Below are positions 18,373 through 30,057 of a stretch of 64,000 bases of DNA, in pieces. The position numbers were made by a program, and so were the translations under genes. The notes under the pieces were generated by a model that was given only the letters and a program-made list of their open reading frames with translations, was not told the DNA's origin and searched no databases. Within the stretch, counting starts at the first letter, position 1, and each line of letters begins with the position of its first letter. This stretch comes from Nitrospirota bacterium (lineage in GTDB: Bacteria; Nitrospirota; Thermodesulfovibrionia; Thermodesulfovibrionales; SM23-35), in the NCBI GenBank assembly GCA_049323875.1, contig JBMOLW010000001.1:160073-224072 (forward strand), written 5' to 3'.

Positions 18373-18411
18373 GAGGGCACAAGAGCTTATCTTGTATCCC
18401 GCCCTCTTTTT
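18373..18411 (+). terminator. Intrinsic terminator-like hairpin in the glgE leader
   Basis: GAGGGC-ACAAGA-(GCTTA)-TCTTGT-(ATCCC bulge)-GCCCTC followed by TTTTT. Confidence 0.5.
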
Positions 18412-18489
18412 CGATATAGTTAGAACTGGAATCCCTGCTGCATAACCAAGGTAAAACTTCAATTCGCATTGTACAGGGGGGAGGTATAC

Positions 18490-20472
18490 ATGAGCGACGG
18501 CAGACTGAGAGTTGTTATCGAAAATGTGAAACCTGAGATTGGGGGAGGAACCTTTCCTGCCAAGAGGGTCATCGGAGAAAAAGTGACCGTAGAGGCCGAT
18601 ATCTTCACTGATGGCCATGATTCCCTCTCTGCGCGCCTCCTCTATAAAAAAATCGGCAGCCGCTCATGGAAAGAGGCTCCCATGGCGCATATCGAAAACG
18701 ACCGCTGGAGGGGCGAGTTCACTGTCGGGGAAACCGGGAATTACGTATATACCCTTACCGGCTGGGTAAACCATTTCGCAACCTGGCAGAGGGACCTGGG
18801 AAAAAAATATGACGCAGGGCAGGATATCCGTGTGGATATCCTTATCGGCATCAATCTCATTCGAGAGGCTGCGGAAAGGGCACCGGAAAAAGAAAGGCCG
18901 GTCTTCGACGCGAGCATCCGTATCCTCACCGGGGAGGGAGAGCAGGAAAAGATTATCCTTCACGCGCTCAGCTCTGAACTGCGGGACCTTATGGACCGCT
19001 ACCCTGACATGCGGTTTTCGACTCTTTACGTGAAAGAACTTCCGGTCGTGGTTGACCGGCAAAAGGCGCTCTTCAGCACATGGTACGAGATGTTCCCCCG
19101 ATCCTGCTCCCGTGAACCCGGCAGGCATGGCACGTTTCAGGACTGTGCAGCGTTGCTCCCCGAAATACAGAGGATGGGGTTTGATGTCCTCTATTTCCCG
19201 CCTATCCATCCTATCGGGAAGACGAACAGAAAAGGGAAAAATAACACACTCCGGGTGACAGGGCACGACGTCGGAAGTCCATGGGCCATCGGCTCTGAGG
19301 AAGGAGGACACAAAGCTGTCCATCCCGAACTCGGAACCCTGGAAGACTTCCGGAACCTGGTCGGGGAAGCGGAGCAATACGGGATCGAAATAGCCATGGA
19401 TATTGCCCTCCAATGTTCTCCGGACCATCCTTATGTGAAAGAACACCCGGAGTGGTTCAAATGGCGTCCTGACGGCTCGATACAGTTCGCAGAAAACCCC
19501 CCGAAGAGATATGAAGATATCCTCCCCCTGAACTTCGAAACAGAAGACTGGGAAGCGTTATGGAACGAGATCAGGGATATCTTCCTCTTCTGGATCGAAA
19601 ACGGGATACGGATATTCAGGGTGGACAACCCGCACACAAAGCCCTTCCGGTTCTGGAACTGGCTCATCACCGGAATAAAAGCCCGGCATCCCGGGGTCAT
19701 TTTTCTCTCAGAGGCATTCACAAGGCCAAAAGTAATGTATCGCCTTGCGAAGGAAGGCTTCAGCCAGTCTTACACCTATTTCACCTGGAGAAACACAAAG
19801 CATGAAATCAGGGAGTACATCAATGAACTTGCCGCAACGGATGCGAGGGAGTTTTTCCGACCCAATTTCTGGCCGAATACTCCGGACATCCTCCCTGAAC
19901 ACCTCCAGTACGGCGGGAGAAATGCGTTCATGATGCGGCTCGTGCTTGCGGCAACGCTTTCCTCAAGCTACGGTATTTACGGCCCTGCGTTCGAATTGAT
20001 CGAGAACCGGGCCCAGCCGGGCAGGGAAGAATATCTGGACTCGGAAAAATATGAACTGAAAACCTGGGACCGCAACACGGAAGGCAATCTGAAAGACTTT
20101 ATTGCCCGGATAAATACAATACGGAGAGAAAATCCCGCACTTCAGGCTACGTACAATATCAGGCATTATGAGATCGACAATGACAGGATACTTGCCTATG
20201 GGAAGGCCACGGAAGATTATGCGAACATTCTTCTGGTCGTCGTGAATCTCGATCCGTTCCACACGCATGCCGGCTGGGTCACAATCCCGATCCGGGAATT
20301 AGGGATAGACCCCCGGCAGCCTTACCTGGTCCACGACCTTATCGGTGATGATAAATACATATGGCAGGGCGAGAGGAATTACGTCGAAATAAACCCCTAC
20401 ACCTCACCTGCCTCTATTTTCAGGATACGGAAACGGTTAAAACGCGAGACGGACTTCGATTATTTCATGTGA
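18490..20472 (+). CDS. glgE: Alpha-1,4-glucan:maltose-1-phosphate maltosyltransferase
   Basis: Motifs WYEMFPRS, GSPWAIG, ENPPKRYEDI, FRVDNPHTKP, FLSEAFTRP and PNTPDILP. Start follows GGAGG. Confidence 0.93.
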   Translation: MSDGRLRVVIENVKPEIGGGTFPAKRVIGEKVTVEADIFTDGHDSLSARLLYKKIGSRSWKEAPMAHIENDRWRGEFTVGETGNYVYTLTGWVNHFATWQRDLGKKYDAGQDIRVDILIGINLIREAAERAPEKERPVFDASIRILTGEGEQEKIILHALSSELRDLMDRYPDMRFSTLYVKELPVVVDRQKALFSTWYEMFPRSCSREPGRHGTFQDCAALLPEIQRMGFDVLYFPPIHPIGKTNRKGKNNTLRVTGHDVGSPWAIGSEEGGHKAVHPELGTLEDFRNLVGEAEQYGIEIAMDIALQCSPDHPYVKEHPEWFKWRPDGSIQFAENPPKRYEDILPLNFETEDWEALWNEIRDIFLFWIENGIRIFRVDNPHTKPFRFWNWLITGIKARHPGVIFLSEAFTRPKVMYRLAKEGFSQSYTYFTWRNTKHEIREYINELAATDAREFFRPNFWPNTPDILPEHLQYGGRNAFMMRLVLAATLSSSYGIYGPAFELIENRAQPGREEYLDSEKYELKTWDRNTEGNLKDFIARINTIRRENPALQATYNIRHYEIDNDRILAYGKATEDYANILLVVVNLDPFHTHAGWVTIPIRELGIDPRQPYLVHDLIGDDKYIWQGERNYVEINPYTSPASIFRIRKRLKRETDFDYFM

Positions 20473-20484
20473 GAAAGGAAGGCA

Positions 20485-23400
20485 ATGGCACGCAGAGAAT
20501 CTTTGCTCGAAGCCGACCCGTTGTGGTACAAGGATGCGATTATCTATGAACTCCATATCAAGGCATTCTTCGACAGCAGCGGAGACGGCTCAGGGGACCT
20601 GAGAGGACTGACACAGAAACTCGAGTATCTCGAAGACCTCGGGGTGACCGCGATCTGGCTCCTCCCTTTTTACCCGTCTCCGCTCAGGGACGACGGCTAT
20701 GACATCGCCGATTATTTCAACGTACACCCCACCTATGGTCTGCTGCGGGATTTCAGGGAGTTCCTGCGCGAAGCCCACAGACGGGGAATCAGGGTCATTA
20801 CCGAGCTTGTACTGAACCATACCTCAGACCAGCATATCTGGTTCCAGAAATCGAGAAGGGCCAAACCCGGTTCGCTCTGGAGGGATTTCTACGTCTGGAG
20901 CGACACCGCTGAAAAATACCCGGATACCCGGATAATATTCAAGGACTTCGAGACATCCAACTGGGCGTGGGACCCTCTTGCAAAGGCTTACTACTGGCAT
21001 CGTTTCTACTCCCACCAGCCCGATCTCAATTACGAAAGCCCGCATGTGCAGAAGGCAATGTTCCGGGTTATCGACTTCTGGTTCGATATGGGGGTAGACG
21101 GTCTGCGGCTTGACGCCGTCCCCTATCTCTATGAGAGAGAACACACAAACTGCGAAAACTTGCCGGAGACCTATGCGTTCCTGAAAAAACTCCGCGCTTA
21201 TATCGACCGTAAATTCACGAACAGGATGCTCCTCGCGGAGGCGAACCAATGGCCCGAGGATGCGGTAAGCTACTTCGGGGACGGCGACGAATGCCATATG
21301 GCCTTTCACTTCCCCCTCATGCCGAGAATATTTATGTCATTATGGATGGAAGACAGGTTCCCGATCATCGATATCTTTGAACAGACCCCGGATATCCACG
21401 AGAACTGCCAGTGGGCCCTCTTCCTCAGGAATCACGACGAACTCACCCTGGAAATGGTGACTGACGAAGAGCGGGACTATATGTATAAAGTCTACGCCCG
21501 CGACCCGAGCGCGAGGATAAACCTCGGAATCAGGAGACGTCTTGCCCCGCTCCTTGGAAACCACCTGCGGAAGATTGAACTTATGAATTTCCTCCTTTTT
21601 TCGCTTCCCGGGACACCGGTTATTTATTACGGGGACGAAATCGGCATGGGGGACAATTACTACCTTGGAGACAGGAATGGGGTAAGGACACCGATGCAGT
21701 GGAGCGCGGACAGAAACGCAGGGTTCTCACGTGCCAACCCGCAGAAACTCTACCTGCCGGTCATTATAGACCCTGCATACCACTACGAGGCAGTCAATGT
21801 GGAGAACCAGGAGATAAACCAGTCATCCCTGCTCTGGTGGATGAAGAGGATTATCGCGATGAGAAAACGCTTCAGGGCATTCGGACGCGGCAGCATCGAA
21901 TTCCTGCTTTCCGACAACCCGAAAATCCTTGCCTTCATCCGTCAGTATGGAGACGAGATCATTCTTGTTGTGGTCAACCTCTCCCGTTATTCACAGCATG
22001 TTGACCTCGACCTCTCACGTTTTGCCGGCTACGCTCCGGAAGAGGTTTTCAGCAGGAATAAATTTCCCGTGATCAAAGATGCTCCATACGGACTTACGCT
22101 CGGGTTCTACGACTATTTCTGGTTTTCTCTCGAAAAAGAAGAGCTGGACGAGGGGATACGGTTTGGCGACTTATTCAGCCCCGTACCCGAACTGAGCATA
22201 CGCGGAAACTGGGAGGCTCTGTTCCAGGGCAAGCTCAGGGAGAAATTCGAAGAGGAGATTCTCCCGTCATATATTGCAGGGTGCAGATGGTTTGGCGGGA
22301 AAGCCAGGACAATAAGCCAGGCCAGAATCATCGAAACCATTCCCATGGGGAAATCCTCTGCAAAGACCTATCTCCTTTTCATCAAGATACTCTATACAGA
22401 AGGGCTTCCCGACGTCTACCTGCTCCCGGTATCCTATGGGACAGGTGATGAGGCAAAAAAAATCGTTGAAGAAAAATCTTTCAGTATCATCTCACAGCTC
22501 AGCAGTGAACTCTCCCAGGGCATCCTCTATGAGGGCATCCAGAGCGAGGATTTCCGCCGGGATCTCCTCTGGTTCATTACCCGGCGCCAGCAGGTAAAAG
22601 GCCTCTACGGAAACCTCATCGCGTACCCCGGGCAGTTTTTGAGAACAGTGAAATACGGGGAACAGCTCCTGGAAAAAACCCAGGTGCTGAAAGCTGAACA
22701 GAGTAACACCTCGATGCTCTACGGGAATAAACTGTTCTTCAAGCTCTTCCGGCATCTTGATGAGGGCATGAATCCGGACCTTGAGATCAGCAAGTTTCTC
22801 ACTGAGAAGGCATATTATCCCCATGTGCCGCCTTTCGCCGGAGCGATTGAGTACAGGAGGCACGGCTCTGAACCGGTAGTCGTGGGCATGCTGCAGGCCT
22901 TTGTACACAACCAGGGTGACGCATGGACGTACACGCTTGATTCGGTTGAACGGTATTTTGAACGGGCGCTTTCCAGGAGGAAGGAACTCGAAGAGATACC
23001 AGTCGGTCCTGCCTCGCCCGCTGATATGGCTGATTCCGGGGAAATTCCATCCATCCTCCAGGAATTTATCGGCGGTGATTACCTCGAAATGATATCCCTG
23101 CTCGGGAAACGCACCGGCGAGCTGCATCTCGCGCTGTCTTCGGACCCGGAAACCCCTGATTTCGCGCCTGAAGCTTTTTCGCTCCTTTACCAGAGATCAG
23201 TATACCAGTCTGTGCAGAGCCTCACGAAAAGGGTATTTTCTCTTCTGCGGAAGAACCTGAGGACACTCCAGGACAGCATACGGGATAAGGCTCTCGAAGT
23301 GGCAGACCGGGAGAAGGAAATTGTCGGACAATACAAGGGACTCCTGGAGAAAAAGATATCTGCCATGAAGATCAGGATCCACGGGGATTATCATCTCGGA

Positions 23401-23829
23401 CAGGTACTCTATACCGGGAATGATTTCGTAATTATTGATTTTGAAGGGGAGCCTGCACGGTCACTCAGTGAGCGCAGGCTGAAGAAATCGCCGCTTGTCG
23501 ATGTCGCAGGCATGATCCGCTCATTCCATTATGCAGCATGTTCCGCCCTGTTCAAACATGCCCTTTCCGGATCAGAAGCCATGACCGGGGCAAAGCCTCT
23601 GATAGAGCTCTGGTACCGTTCTGTCAGCGGCATTTTTCTCAGGTCGTATCTTCACACGACACGATACTCTGCCCTCATCCCGGAGGAGAGAGAAGATCTT
23701 GCCACGCTCCTGAAGATATTTCTCCTCGAAAAAGCAGTCTATGAAATCGGGTACGAACTGAATAACCGTCCCGACCGGGTCATCATTCCCCTAAACGGTA
23801 TTCACCATTTACTGGAGGAAAACCAATGA
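20485..23829 (+). CDS. treS: Trehalose synthase / maltokinase (TreS-Pep2) fusion
   Basis: TreS motifs [17 protein letters not shown] and [15 protein letters not shown]-terminal kinase motifs EQSNTS and [12 protein letters not shown]...IDFEGEP. Confidence 0.93.
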   Translation: MARRESLLEADPLWYKDAIIYELHIKAFFDSSGDGSGDLRGLTQKLEYLEDLGVTAIWLLPFYPSPLRDDGYDIADYFNVHPTYGLLRDFREFLREAHRRGIRVITELVLNHTSDQHIWFQKSRRAKPGSLWRDFYVWSDTAEKYPDTRIIFKDFETSNWAWDPLAKAYYWHRFYSHQPDLNYESPHVQKAMFRVIDFWFDMGVDGLRLDAVPYLYEREHTNCENLPETYAFLKKLRAYIDRKFTNRMLLAEANQWPEDAVSYFGDGDECHMAFHFPLMPRIFMSLWMEDRFPIIDIFEQTPDIHENCQWALFLRNHDELTLEMVTDEERDYMYKVYARDPSARINLGIRRRLAPLLGNHLRKIELMNFLLFSLPGTPVIYYGDEIGMGDNYYLGDRNGVRTPMQWSADRNAGFSRANPQKLYLPVIIDPAYHYEAVNVENQEINQSSLLWWMKRIIAMRKRFRAFGRGSIEFLLSDNPKILAFIRQYGDEIILVVVNLSRYSQHVDLDLSRFAGYAPEEVFSRNKFPVIKDAPYGLTLGFYDYFWFSLEKEELDEGIRFGDLFSPVPELSIRGNWEALFQGKLREKFEEEILPSYIAGCRWFGGKARTISQARIIETIPMGKSSAKTYLLFIKILYTEGLPDVYLLPVSYGTGDEAKKIVEEKSFSIISQLSSELSQGILYEGIQSEDFRRDLLWFITRRQQVKGLYGNLIAYPGQFLRTVKYGEQLLEKTQVLKAEQSNTSMLYGNKLFFKLFRHLDEGMNPDLEISKFLTEKAYYPHVPPFAGAIEYRRHGSEPVVVGMLQAFVHNQGDAWTYTLDSVERYFERALSRRKELEEIPVGPASPADMADSGEIPSILQEFIGGDYLEMISLLGKRTGELHLALSSDPETPDFAPEAFSLLYQRSVYQSVQSLTKRVFSLLRKNLRTLQDSIRDKALEVADREKEIVGQYKGLLEKKISAMKIRIHGDYHLGQVLYTGNDFVIIDFEGEPARSLSERRLKKSPLVDVAGMIRSFHYAACSALFKHALSGSEAMTGAKPLIELWYRSVSGIFLRSYLHTTRYSALIPEEREDLATLLKIFLLEKAVYEIGYELNNRPDRVIIPLNGIHHLLEENQ

Positions 23830-25775
23830 GCGCAAAAAAGAAAAAAGCCCAGAATATCATACACGGAGTGAGTCTCCTGACCGACCATGATATTTATCTC
23901 TTCAAGGAAGGGAACCATTTTTCACTCCATGACAAACTCGGCACACATATCATGGCTGTTGACGGCAGGCAGGGGACCTTTTTCGCAGTATGGGCACCGA
24001 ATGCAGAGAAAGTTTCCGTAATCGGAGATTTCAACAGCTGGGACAGGCGGTCGCACACCCTGGCAGTCCGCTGGGACGGTTCCGGCATCTGGGAGGGGTT
24101 CATCCCTGATATTGGACACGGGACTGTGTACAAATATCATATCACCTCGCAACACAACAACTACGAGGTCGAAAAAAGCGACCCGTTCGCCTTTTCCTGT
24201 GAGACCCCGCCAAAAACCGCCTCCATTGTCTGGGACATGGAATACTCATGGAATGACAGCGAATGGATGGTATCCCGGCATTCACGGAACGCACTGAACG
24301 CCCCGTGGTCGATCTATGAAGTTCACCCCGGCTCATGGAGGAGAGTCCCGGAAGAAGGGAACAGGCATCTCACCTACCGCGAACTTGCCCATTACCTGGC
24401 CGACTATGCCAAAGAGATGGGATTTACCCATATTGAACTCCTTCCGGTCATGGAACATCCTTTCTATGGTTCGTGGGGATACCAGATAACCGGGTTTTTT
24501 GCTCCTACAAGCAGGTACGGGACCCCCCAGGACTTCATGTATCTTGTGGACCATCTCCACCACAAGGGGCTCGGGGTCGTGCTTGACTGGGTTCCCTCCC
24601 ACTTCCCCGACGACGAACATGGGCTCATCTATTTCGACGGGACTCACCTCTATGAACATGCAGACCCGAAAAAGGGTTTCCACCCTGACTGGAAGAGTTA
24701 CATCTTTAATTACGGCAGGAATGAGGTGAGGAATTTCCTCATCAGCAGCGCCACCTTCTGGCTTGAGAAATACCATATCGACGGCCTCAGGGTAGATGGC
24801 GTAGCTTCCATGCTCTATCTTGATTACGGAAGGAAGGAAGGAGAGTGGATACCGAACGAATACGGCGGGAGAGAGAATATCGAGGCAATCCATTTCCTGA
24901 AAAGATTCAATGAGATGGTATATGCAAGTTCCCTTGAAGACGTCCAGACGATCGCAGAGGAGTCCACTGCCTGGCCGATGGTTTCAAGACCTTCGTATGT
25001 CGGCGGACTCGGCTTCGGTATGAAATGGAACATGGGATGGATGCATGACACGCTCGATTATTTTTCAAGTGACCCTGTTTTCAGAAAATACCGGCAGAAC
25101 CAGCTGACTTTCAGCATCTGGTACGCCTTTTCCGAAAACTTCGTCCTCCCCCTGTCCCACGATGAAGTTGTTCACGGGAAAGGGTCCCTCTACGGCAAGA
25201 TGTCGGGAGACGAGTGGCAGAAATATGCAAACCTTCGGCTTCTCTACGGATACCTCTACGGACATCCCGGGAAGAAACTCCTCTTCATGGGAGGAGAAAT
25301 CGCCCAGTGGAAGGAATGGAATCACGAGGAAAGCCTTGAATGGCATGTACTTGAATACCCATACCACCACGGGGTACAGAGATGGGTAAAGGACCTGAAT
25401 CATTTCTACCGGCAAGAACCGGCGCTCTATGAACTTGATTTCAGCAACGAGGGCTTTCAGTGGATCGACTTCCATAACTGGGAAGAGAGCGTCATCAGTT
25501 TCATCAGAAGAGGGAAAAGCACTGATGACACGGTCCTTGTCATCTGCAATATGACCCCGGTTCCGAGGACCAACTACCGTATTGGTGTGCCGGCGGGCGG
25601 GTTCTGGAAAGAAGTCCTGAACAGTGATGCGCTGCCATATGGCGGGAGCGGTTATGGAAATGCAGGCGGACTTGATGCATCTCCAGTTCCCGCACACGGC
25701 AGATATTATTCGCTCTCTGTCACCCTGCCCCCCCTCGGTATCCTGTACTTCAAACACGGAGTACCCCGGCAGTGA
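23826..25775 (+). CDS. glgB: 1,4-alpha-glucan branching enzyme (GH13)
   Basis: Motifs [38 protein letters not shown] and [10 protein letters not shown]. Confidence 0.95.
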   Translation: MSAKKKKAQNIIHGVSLLTDHDIYLFKEGNHFSLHDKLGTHIMAVDGRQGTFFAVWAPNAEKVSVIGDFNSWDRRSHTLAVRWDGSGIWEGFIPDIGHGTVYKYHITSQHNNYEVEKSDPFAFSCETPPKTASIVWDMEYSWNDSEWMVSRHSRNALNAPWSIYEVHPGSWRRVPEEGNRHLTYRELAHYLADYAKEMGFTHIELLPVMEHPFYGSWGYQITGFFAPTSRYGTPQDFMYLVDHLHHKGLGVVLDWVPSHFPDDEHGLIYFDGTHLYEHADPKKGFHPDWKSYIFNYGRNEVRNFLISSATFWLEKYHIDGLRVDGVASMLYLDYGRKEGEWIPNEYGGRENIEAIHFLKRFNEMVYASSLEDVQTIAEESTAWPMVSRPSYVGGLGFGMKWNMGWMHDTLDYFSSDPVFRKYRQNQLTFSIWYAFSENFVLPLSHDEVVHGKGSLYGKMSGDEWQKYANLRLLYGYLYGHPGKKLLFMGGEIAQWKEWNHEESLEWHVLEYPYHHGVQRWVKDLNHFYRQEPALYELDFSNEGFQWIDFHNWEESVISFIRRGKSTDDTVLVICNMTPVPRTNYRIGVPAGGFWKEVLNSDALPYGGSGYGNAGGLDASPVPAHGRYYSLSVTLPPLGILYFKHGVPRQ

Positions 25776-27601
25776 AAATTGGAGCATACTACCGGGACAA
25801 AAATTCTGCCGGTTTTACTGTCTGGGCTCCTTTTCTGAACAGAGTCGAGCTGAAGATTCTCCAGGGTGAAGAGAAAATACTCCCGATGCAGAAGGATGCG
25901 AGGGGATACTGGCATGCTTTTTTGCCGGATATCGCTCCAGGGACCCGGTATTGTTTCCGGCTGGAACAGGAACAGGACAGGCCTGATCCTGCTTCACACT
26001 CTCAGCCTGAAGGAGTCCACGGGCCATCCCGGGTAGTGAACCATGAGGCTTTTCAATGGGAAGACGCCGGATGGAATGCCCCCGAACTCTCTCAGATGGT
26101 AATTTATGAACTCCACCCCGGGGTATTCACCTCACAGGGAACTTTTCAGGCAATCGCCAGGAGGCTTCCCGCACTCAAACAACTTGGTATTAATGCGATA
26201 GAACTGATGCCTGTCGCACAATTCCCGGGAGGGAGAAACTGGGGATACGATGGGGTCTTCCCCTTTGCTGTTCAGAATTCATATGGGGGTCCCGAAGGGC
26301 TAAAAAGGCTCGTGAACGCATGTCACAGGTCCGGCATCGCGGTGATACTTGACGTCGTGTACAACCATCTCGGGCCCGAGGGCAATTATCTCCGGGACTT
26401 CGGTCCCTACTTCACCGATAAATACAGAACGCCGTGGGGGATGGCCCTGAATTTCGACGATGCCTACAGCAACGAAGTGAGGAATTTCTTCGTCGAAAAC
26501 GCGCTTTACTGGTTCAGGGACTTTCATATCGACGCCCTCCGTCTCGACGCGATCCACGGCATTTCCGACATGAGTGCAGTCCCTTTTCTCCAGGAACTGG
26601 CTGTGAAAGTCAAAGAATTTTGCAGCCGGGAGAAGAGACGCGCTTTGCTCATCGCAGAGAGCGACCTGAACGATTCGCGGGTCATGAGGGAACAGGAGAG
26701 AGGAGGCATCGGGCTTGATGCACAGTGGTGCGATGATTTCCATCATTCCCTGCACACCCTCCTTACCGGGGAACAGGACGGCTACTATATCGACTTCGGA
26801 AATATGGAACATCTTGGCAAATCCATGAGGGAAGGTTTTGTGTATACCGGAGAGTATTCCGAATACCGGAAGAGAAACCATGGGAATCCTTCCGGCGACC
26901 TGTCCGCCGGGAGGTTTGTGTTCTTTTCCCAGAACCACGACCAGATAGGAAACAGGGCCTTCGGAGAACGGCTGGCCTCTCTCGTTTCATTTGAATCCCT
27001 CAAGCTTGCAGCAGGGGTTCTTCTGCTCTCTCCCTCCGTACCCCTGCTTTTCATGGGGGAAGAATACGGGGAGGAAGCCCCGTTCCTCTATTTTGTAAGC
27101 CACGGCGATCCTGACCTGATAGCAGCGGTACGGAAAGGGCGGAAGGATGAGTTCCGGTCATTTGCATGGAAAGAAGAACCGCCCGATCCCCAGGATGTCG
27201 AAACATTCCTGAAATCGAAATTGCGCTGGGGAAGACGGAACAAAGGCAACCATAAAGTTCTCTATACCTTTTACCGGCAGCTCATTCACCTGAGGAAGAA
27301 GTTCCCCGCGTTGGGGGCCCCGGACAGGAAAACCCTGGAAGTACACGAATCCGAGCAGGGCAAACTGCTCTTCATGAGGCGATGGAAAAGCAAGGATGAA
27401 ATTTTCTGCTGCTTCAGTTTCAACGGGGAAGACACAATAAGCGTATGTTCACTGCCCGACGGGTCCTGGACTAAACTCCTGGATTCTTCAGATACACTGT
27501 GGAAAGGTCCCGGCTCTCTGCTTCCCGGAAAGATCAGGGGGAGCCGCCAGGTCCCCCTCAGGGGAAGAAGTTTCGCGTTATACAGGAGGAAAATCAGATA
27601 A
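25772..27601 (+). CDS. treZ: Malto-oligosyltrehalose trehalohydrolase
   Basis: Motifs [35 protein letters not shown] and [14 protein letters not shown]. Confidence 0.92.
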   Translation: MKIGAYYRDKNSAGFTVWAPFLNRVELKILQGEEKILPMQKDARGYWHAFLPDIAPGTRYCFRLEQEQDRPDPASHSQPEGVHGPSRVVNHEAFQWEDAGWNAPELSQMVIYELHPGVFTSQGTFQAIARRLPALKQLGINAIELMPVAQFPGGRNWGYDGVFPFAVQNSYGGPEGLKRLVNACHRSGIAVILDVVYNHLGPEGNYLRDFGPYFTDKYRTPWGMALNFDDAYSNEVRNFFVENALYWFRDFHIDALRLDAIHGISDMSAVPFLQELAVKVKEFCSREKRRALLIAESDLNDSRVMREQERGGIGLDAQWCDDFHHSLHTLLTGEQDGYYIDFGNMEHLGKSMREGFVYTGEYSEYRKRNHGNPSGDLSAGRFVFFSQNHDQIGNRAFGERLASLVSFESLKLAAGVLLLSPSVPLLFMGEEYGEEAPFLYFVSHGDPDLIAAVRKGRKDEFRSFAWKEEPPDPQDVETFLKSKLRWGRRNKGNHKVLYTFYRQLIHLRKKFPALGAPDRKTLEVHESEQGKLLFMRRWKSKDEIFCCFSFNGEDTISVCSLPDGSWTKLLDSSDTLWKGPGSLLPGKIRGSRQVPLRGRSFALYRRKIR

Positions 27602-30045
27602 TGGAACGATATATCTGTATTCATGGTCATTTCTATCAGCCACCGAGAGAAAACCCCTGGCTCGAGGACATCGAGATCCAGGATTCTGCCTATCCGTATC
27701 ACGACTGGAATGAGAGGATCACCGCAGAATGCTATGCCCCGAACTCAGCCTCACGGTACCTCGACGGCGGTGGCAGAATACTTGATATCGTGAGCAATTA
27801 TTCAAGGATCAGTTTCAATTTCGGCCCTACTCTTCTCTCATGGCTTGAGAGCCATTCTCCGGAGACATATCAGGCCATACTCGACGCAGACAAGCAGAGC
27901 ATAGAGTGGCGTTCCGGACACGGCAATGCCATGGCACAGGTGTATAACCACGTCATCATGCCGCTTGCCGGCACCCGGGACAAGAGGACTCAGGTTTCCT
28001 GGGGCATCAGAGATTTCGAGCACCGGTACAGACGTTCCCCCGAAGGCATGTGGCTTGCCGAAACTGCAGCAGACAATGAGACTCTGGAGCTCCTTGCGGA
28101 ATACGGGATGCGGTTTACGATCCTTGCCCCCCGGCAGGCATGGAGAGTAAGGAAAATCGGCACCGGCAAATGGAAAGATGTACGGGGTTCGCGGATCGAC
28201 CCCTCAAGGGCCTATCTCTGCAGGTTGCCGTCCGGCAGAACAATCAGTCTCTTTTTCTATGACGGGCCAATCTCCCAGGCAGTGGCATTTGAACATCTTC
28301 TGGAAAAGGGTGAAGCTTTCGCTCACCGGCTCCTTTCAGGATTTTCCGACCAGCGCACCTGGCCGCAGCTCGTCCATATCGGCACCGACGGCGAGACATA
28401 CGGACATCACCAGAGGTTTGGAGATATGGCCCTGGCCTATACGCTCAGCCACATTGAGAGAAACGGCCTTGCCCGGATTACCAATTACGGCGAATACCTG
28501 GAGAAGCACCCTCCTACCCATGAAGTACAGATATTCGAGAATTCTTCCTGGAGCTGCGTCCATGGCATAGAGCGGTGGAAGGACAATTGCGGGTGCAATT
28601 CCGGTGGACACCCGGGATGGAACCAGGCATGGAGAAAACCGCTCAGGGAAGCCCTTGACTGGTTGAGGGACCGATTGTCATTCATCTATGAAAACGCGGC
28701 ATCTGAATATCTCAAAAACCCCTGGGAAGCACGGGACCGGTATATCACCGTTATTCTCGACCGCTCCCGGGAGAATGGAGAGAAATTTTTCCAGGAACAA
28801 GCCGCAAGGCAGTTGTCTCCGGATGAAAATATCCTTGCATTGAAACTCCTCGAAATGCAGCGGCATGCGATGCTCATGTATACAAGCTGCGGGTGGTTCT
28901 TCGACGAACTCTCAGGCCTCGAGACTGTCCAGGTCATACAATACGCAGGGCGGGCCATACAGCTCTCGGAGGATATCTTCACCGACGGGCTGGAGGACGC
29001 TTTCAAAACGAGACTTGCCCAGGCAAAGAGTAATATTCCTCATCATGAAAACGGGCTGGTCATTTACGATAATTTCGTCAAGCCCTCAATGATAGACCTG
29101 AAAAAGGTGGGAGCACACTATGCCGTCAGTTCCATTTTCCAGGACTATATTGACGAAACGGACATATACAGTTACGGCGTATCAAAAGAGGACTTTACGA
29201 AAACACCCGCAGGCGGCACAACAATCGCAATTGGGAGAGTAGCGGTTTCGTCCCGGATTACCTGGGAATCGGAACATATCAGCTTCTGCGTACTGCACTT
29301 CGGCGGCCATGCACTGAACGGAGGAGTGCGTACCTTCCTCGGTGAGGGTGCCTATCAGTCAATGAAACAGGAAATCCTGACGACGTTCGAACAGGGCGAG
29401 TTTGCAGATATCGTCCGGCTCATGGACACCCATTTCGGGATGCATAACTATTCCCTCCTCAACCTGTTCCGGGACCAGCAGAGGACGATCCTCAGCCTGC
29501 TCATCAGCCAGACGATGGAGGATTTTGAAACATCTTACCGGCAGATGTACGAAAACAACAGGATACTCATGGGATTTCTCCAGAGGATGGGGATACCGGT
29601 CAAGAAGGCGTTTCTTGCGTCAGCGGAGTTCACGCTGAATGCAGAGCTCAAACGTGCCTTTACCGAGGATGTCCATTCTGCGGACCGAATACAGGCCGTC
29701 TTCGGCGATATGAAACGGTGGGAGGTCCCGCTCGATACAGTAGAAATCGAGTTCGCCGTGCGGCGGGGGCTCGAAAACCTGATGGAAAACTTCTCCCTGA
29801 ACTATCAGGATACTGACCTGCTCCTCGAAATCCAGAAGAGGCTGGAACTGCTCAGACTGTTCCCGATAGAAATCAATTACTGGCAGACGCAGAACATCTT
29901 CTACAGGCTTGCAAAAACCCGGTACCCCGAAATGCTTGCCCGGGCAAGGTCAGGCGACAAAGAGGCAGGGAGATGGACGGCGATATTCACCTATGTCGGG
30001 GAAATGCTCTCCTTTGCCATCGCCACAATACTCCCCGAGGACTGA
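27601..30045 (+). CDS. GH57-family protein with DUF3536-type C-terminal domain
   Basis: Motifs HGHFYQPPRENPW, FNFGPTLL, GMWLAETA, TDGETYGHH, SWSCVHGIERW and MYTSCGWFFD. ATG 27601 overlaps the treZ stop. Confidence 0.85.
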   Translation: MERYICIHGHFYQPPRENPWLEDIEIQDSAYPYHDWNERITAECYAPNSASRYLDGGGRILDIVSNYSRISFNFGPTLLSWLESHSPETYQAILDADKQSIEWRSGHGNAMAQVYNHVIMPLAGTRDKRTQVSWGIRDFEHRYRRSPEGMWLAETAADNETLELLAEYGMRFTILAPRQAWRVRKIGTGKWKDVRGSRIDPSRAYLCRLPSGRTISLFFYDGPISQAVAFEHLLEKGEAFAHRLLSGFSDQRTWPQLVHIGTDGETYGHHQRFGDMALAYTLSHIERNGLARITNYGEYLEKHPPTHEVQIFENSSWSCVHGIERWKDNCGCNSGGHPGWNQAWRKPLREALDWLRDRLSFIYENAASEYLKNPWEARDRYITVILDRSRENGEKFFQEQAARQLSPDENILALKLLEMQRHAMLMYTSCGWFFDELSGLETVQVIQYAGRAIQLSEDIFTDGLEDAFKTRLAQAKSNIPHHENGLVIYDNFVKPSMIDLKKVGAHYAVSSIFQDYIDETDIYSYGVSKEDFTKTPAGGTTIAIGRVAVSSRITWESEHISFCVLHFGGHALNGGVRTFLGEGAYQSMKQEILTTFEQGEFADIVRLMDTHFGMHNYSLLNLFRDQQRTILSLLISQTMEDFETSYRQMYENNRILMGFLQRMGIPVKKAFLASAEFTLNAELKRAFTEDVHSADRIQAVFGDMKRWEVPLDTVEIEFAVRRGLENLMENFSLNYQDTDLLLEIQKRLELLRLFPIEINYWQTQNIFYRLAKTRYPEMLARARSGDKEAGRWTAIFTYVGEMLSFAIATILPED

Positions 30046-30057
30046 CAGGAGGAACGG

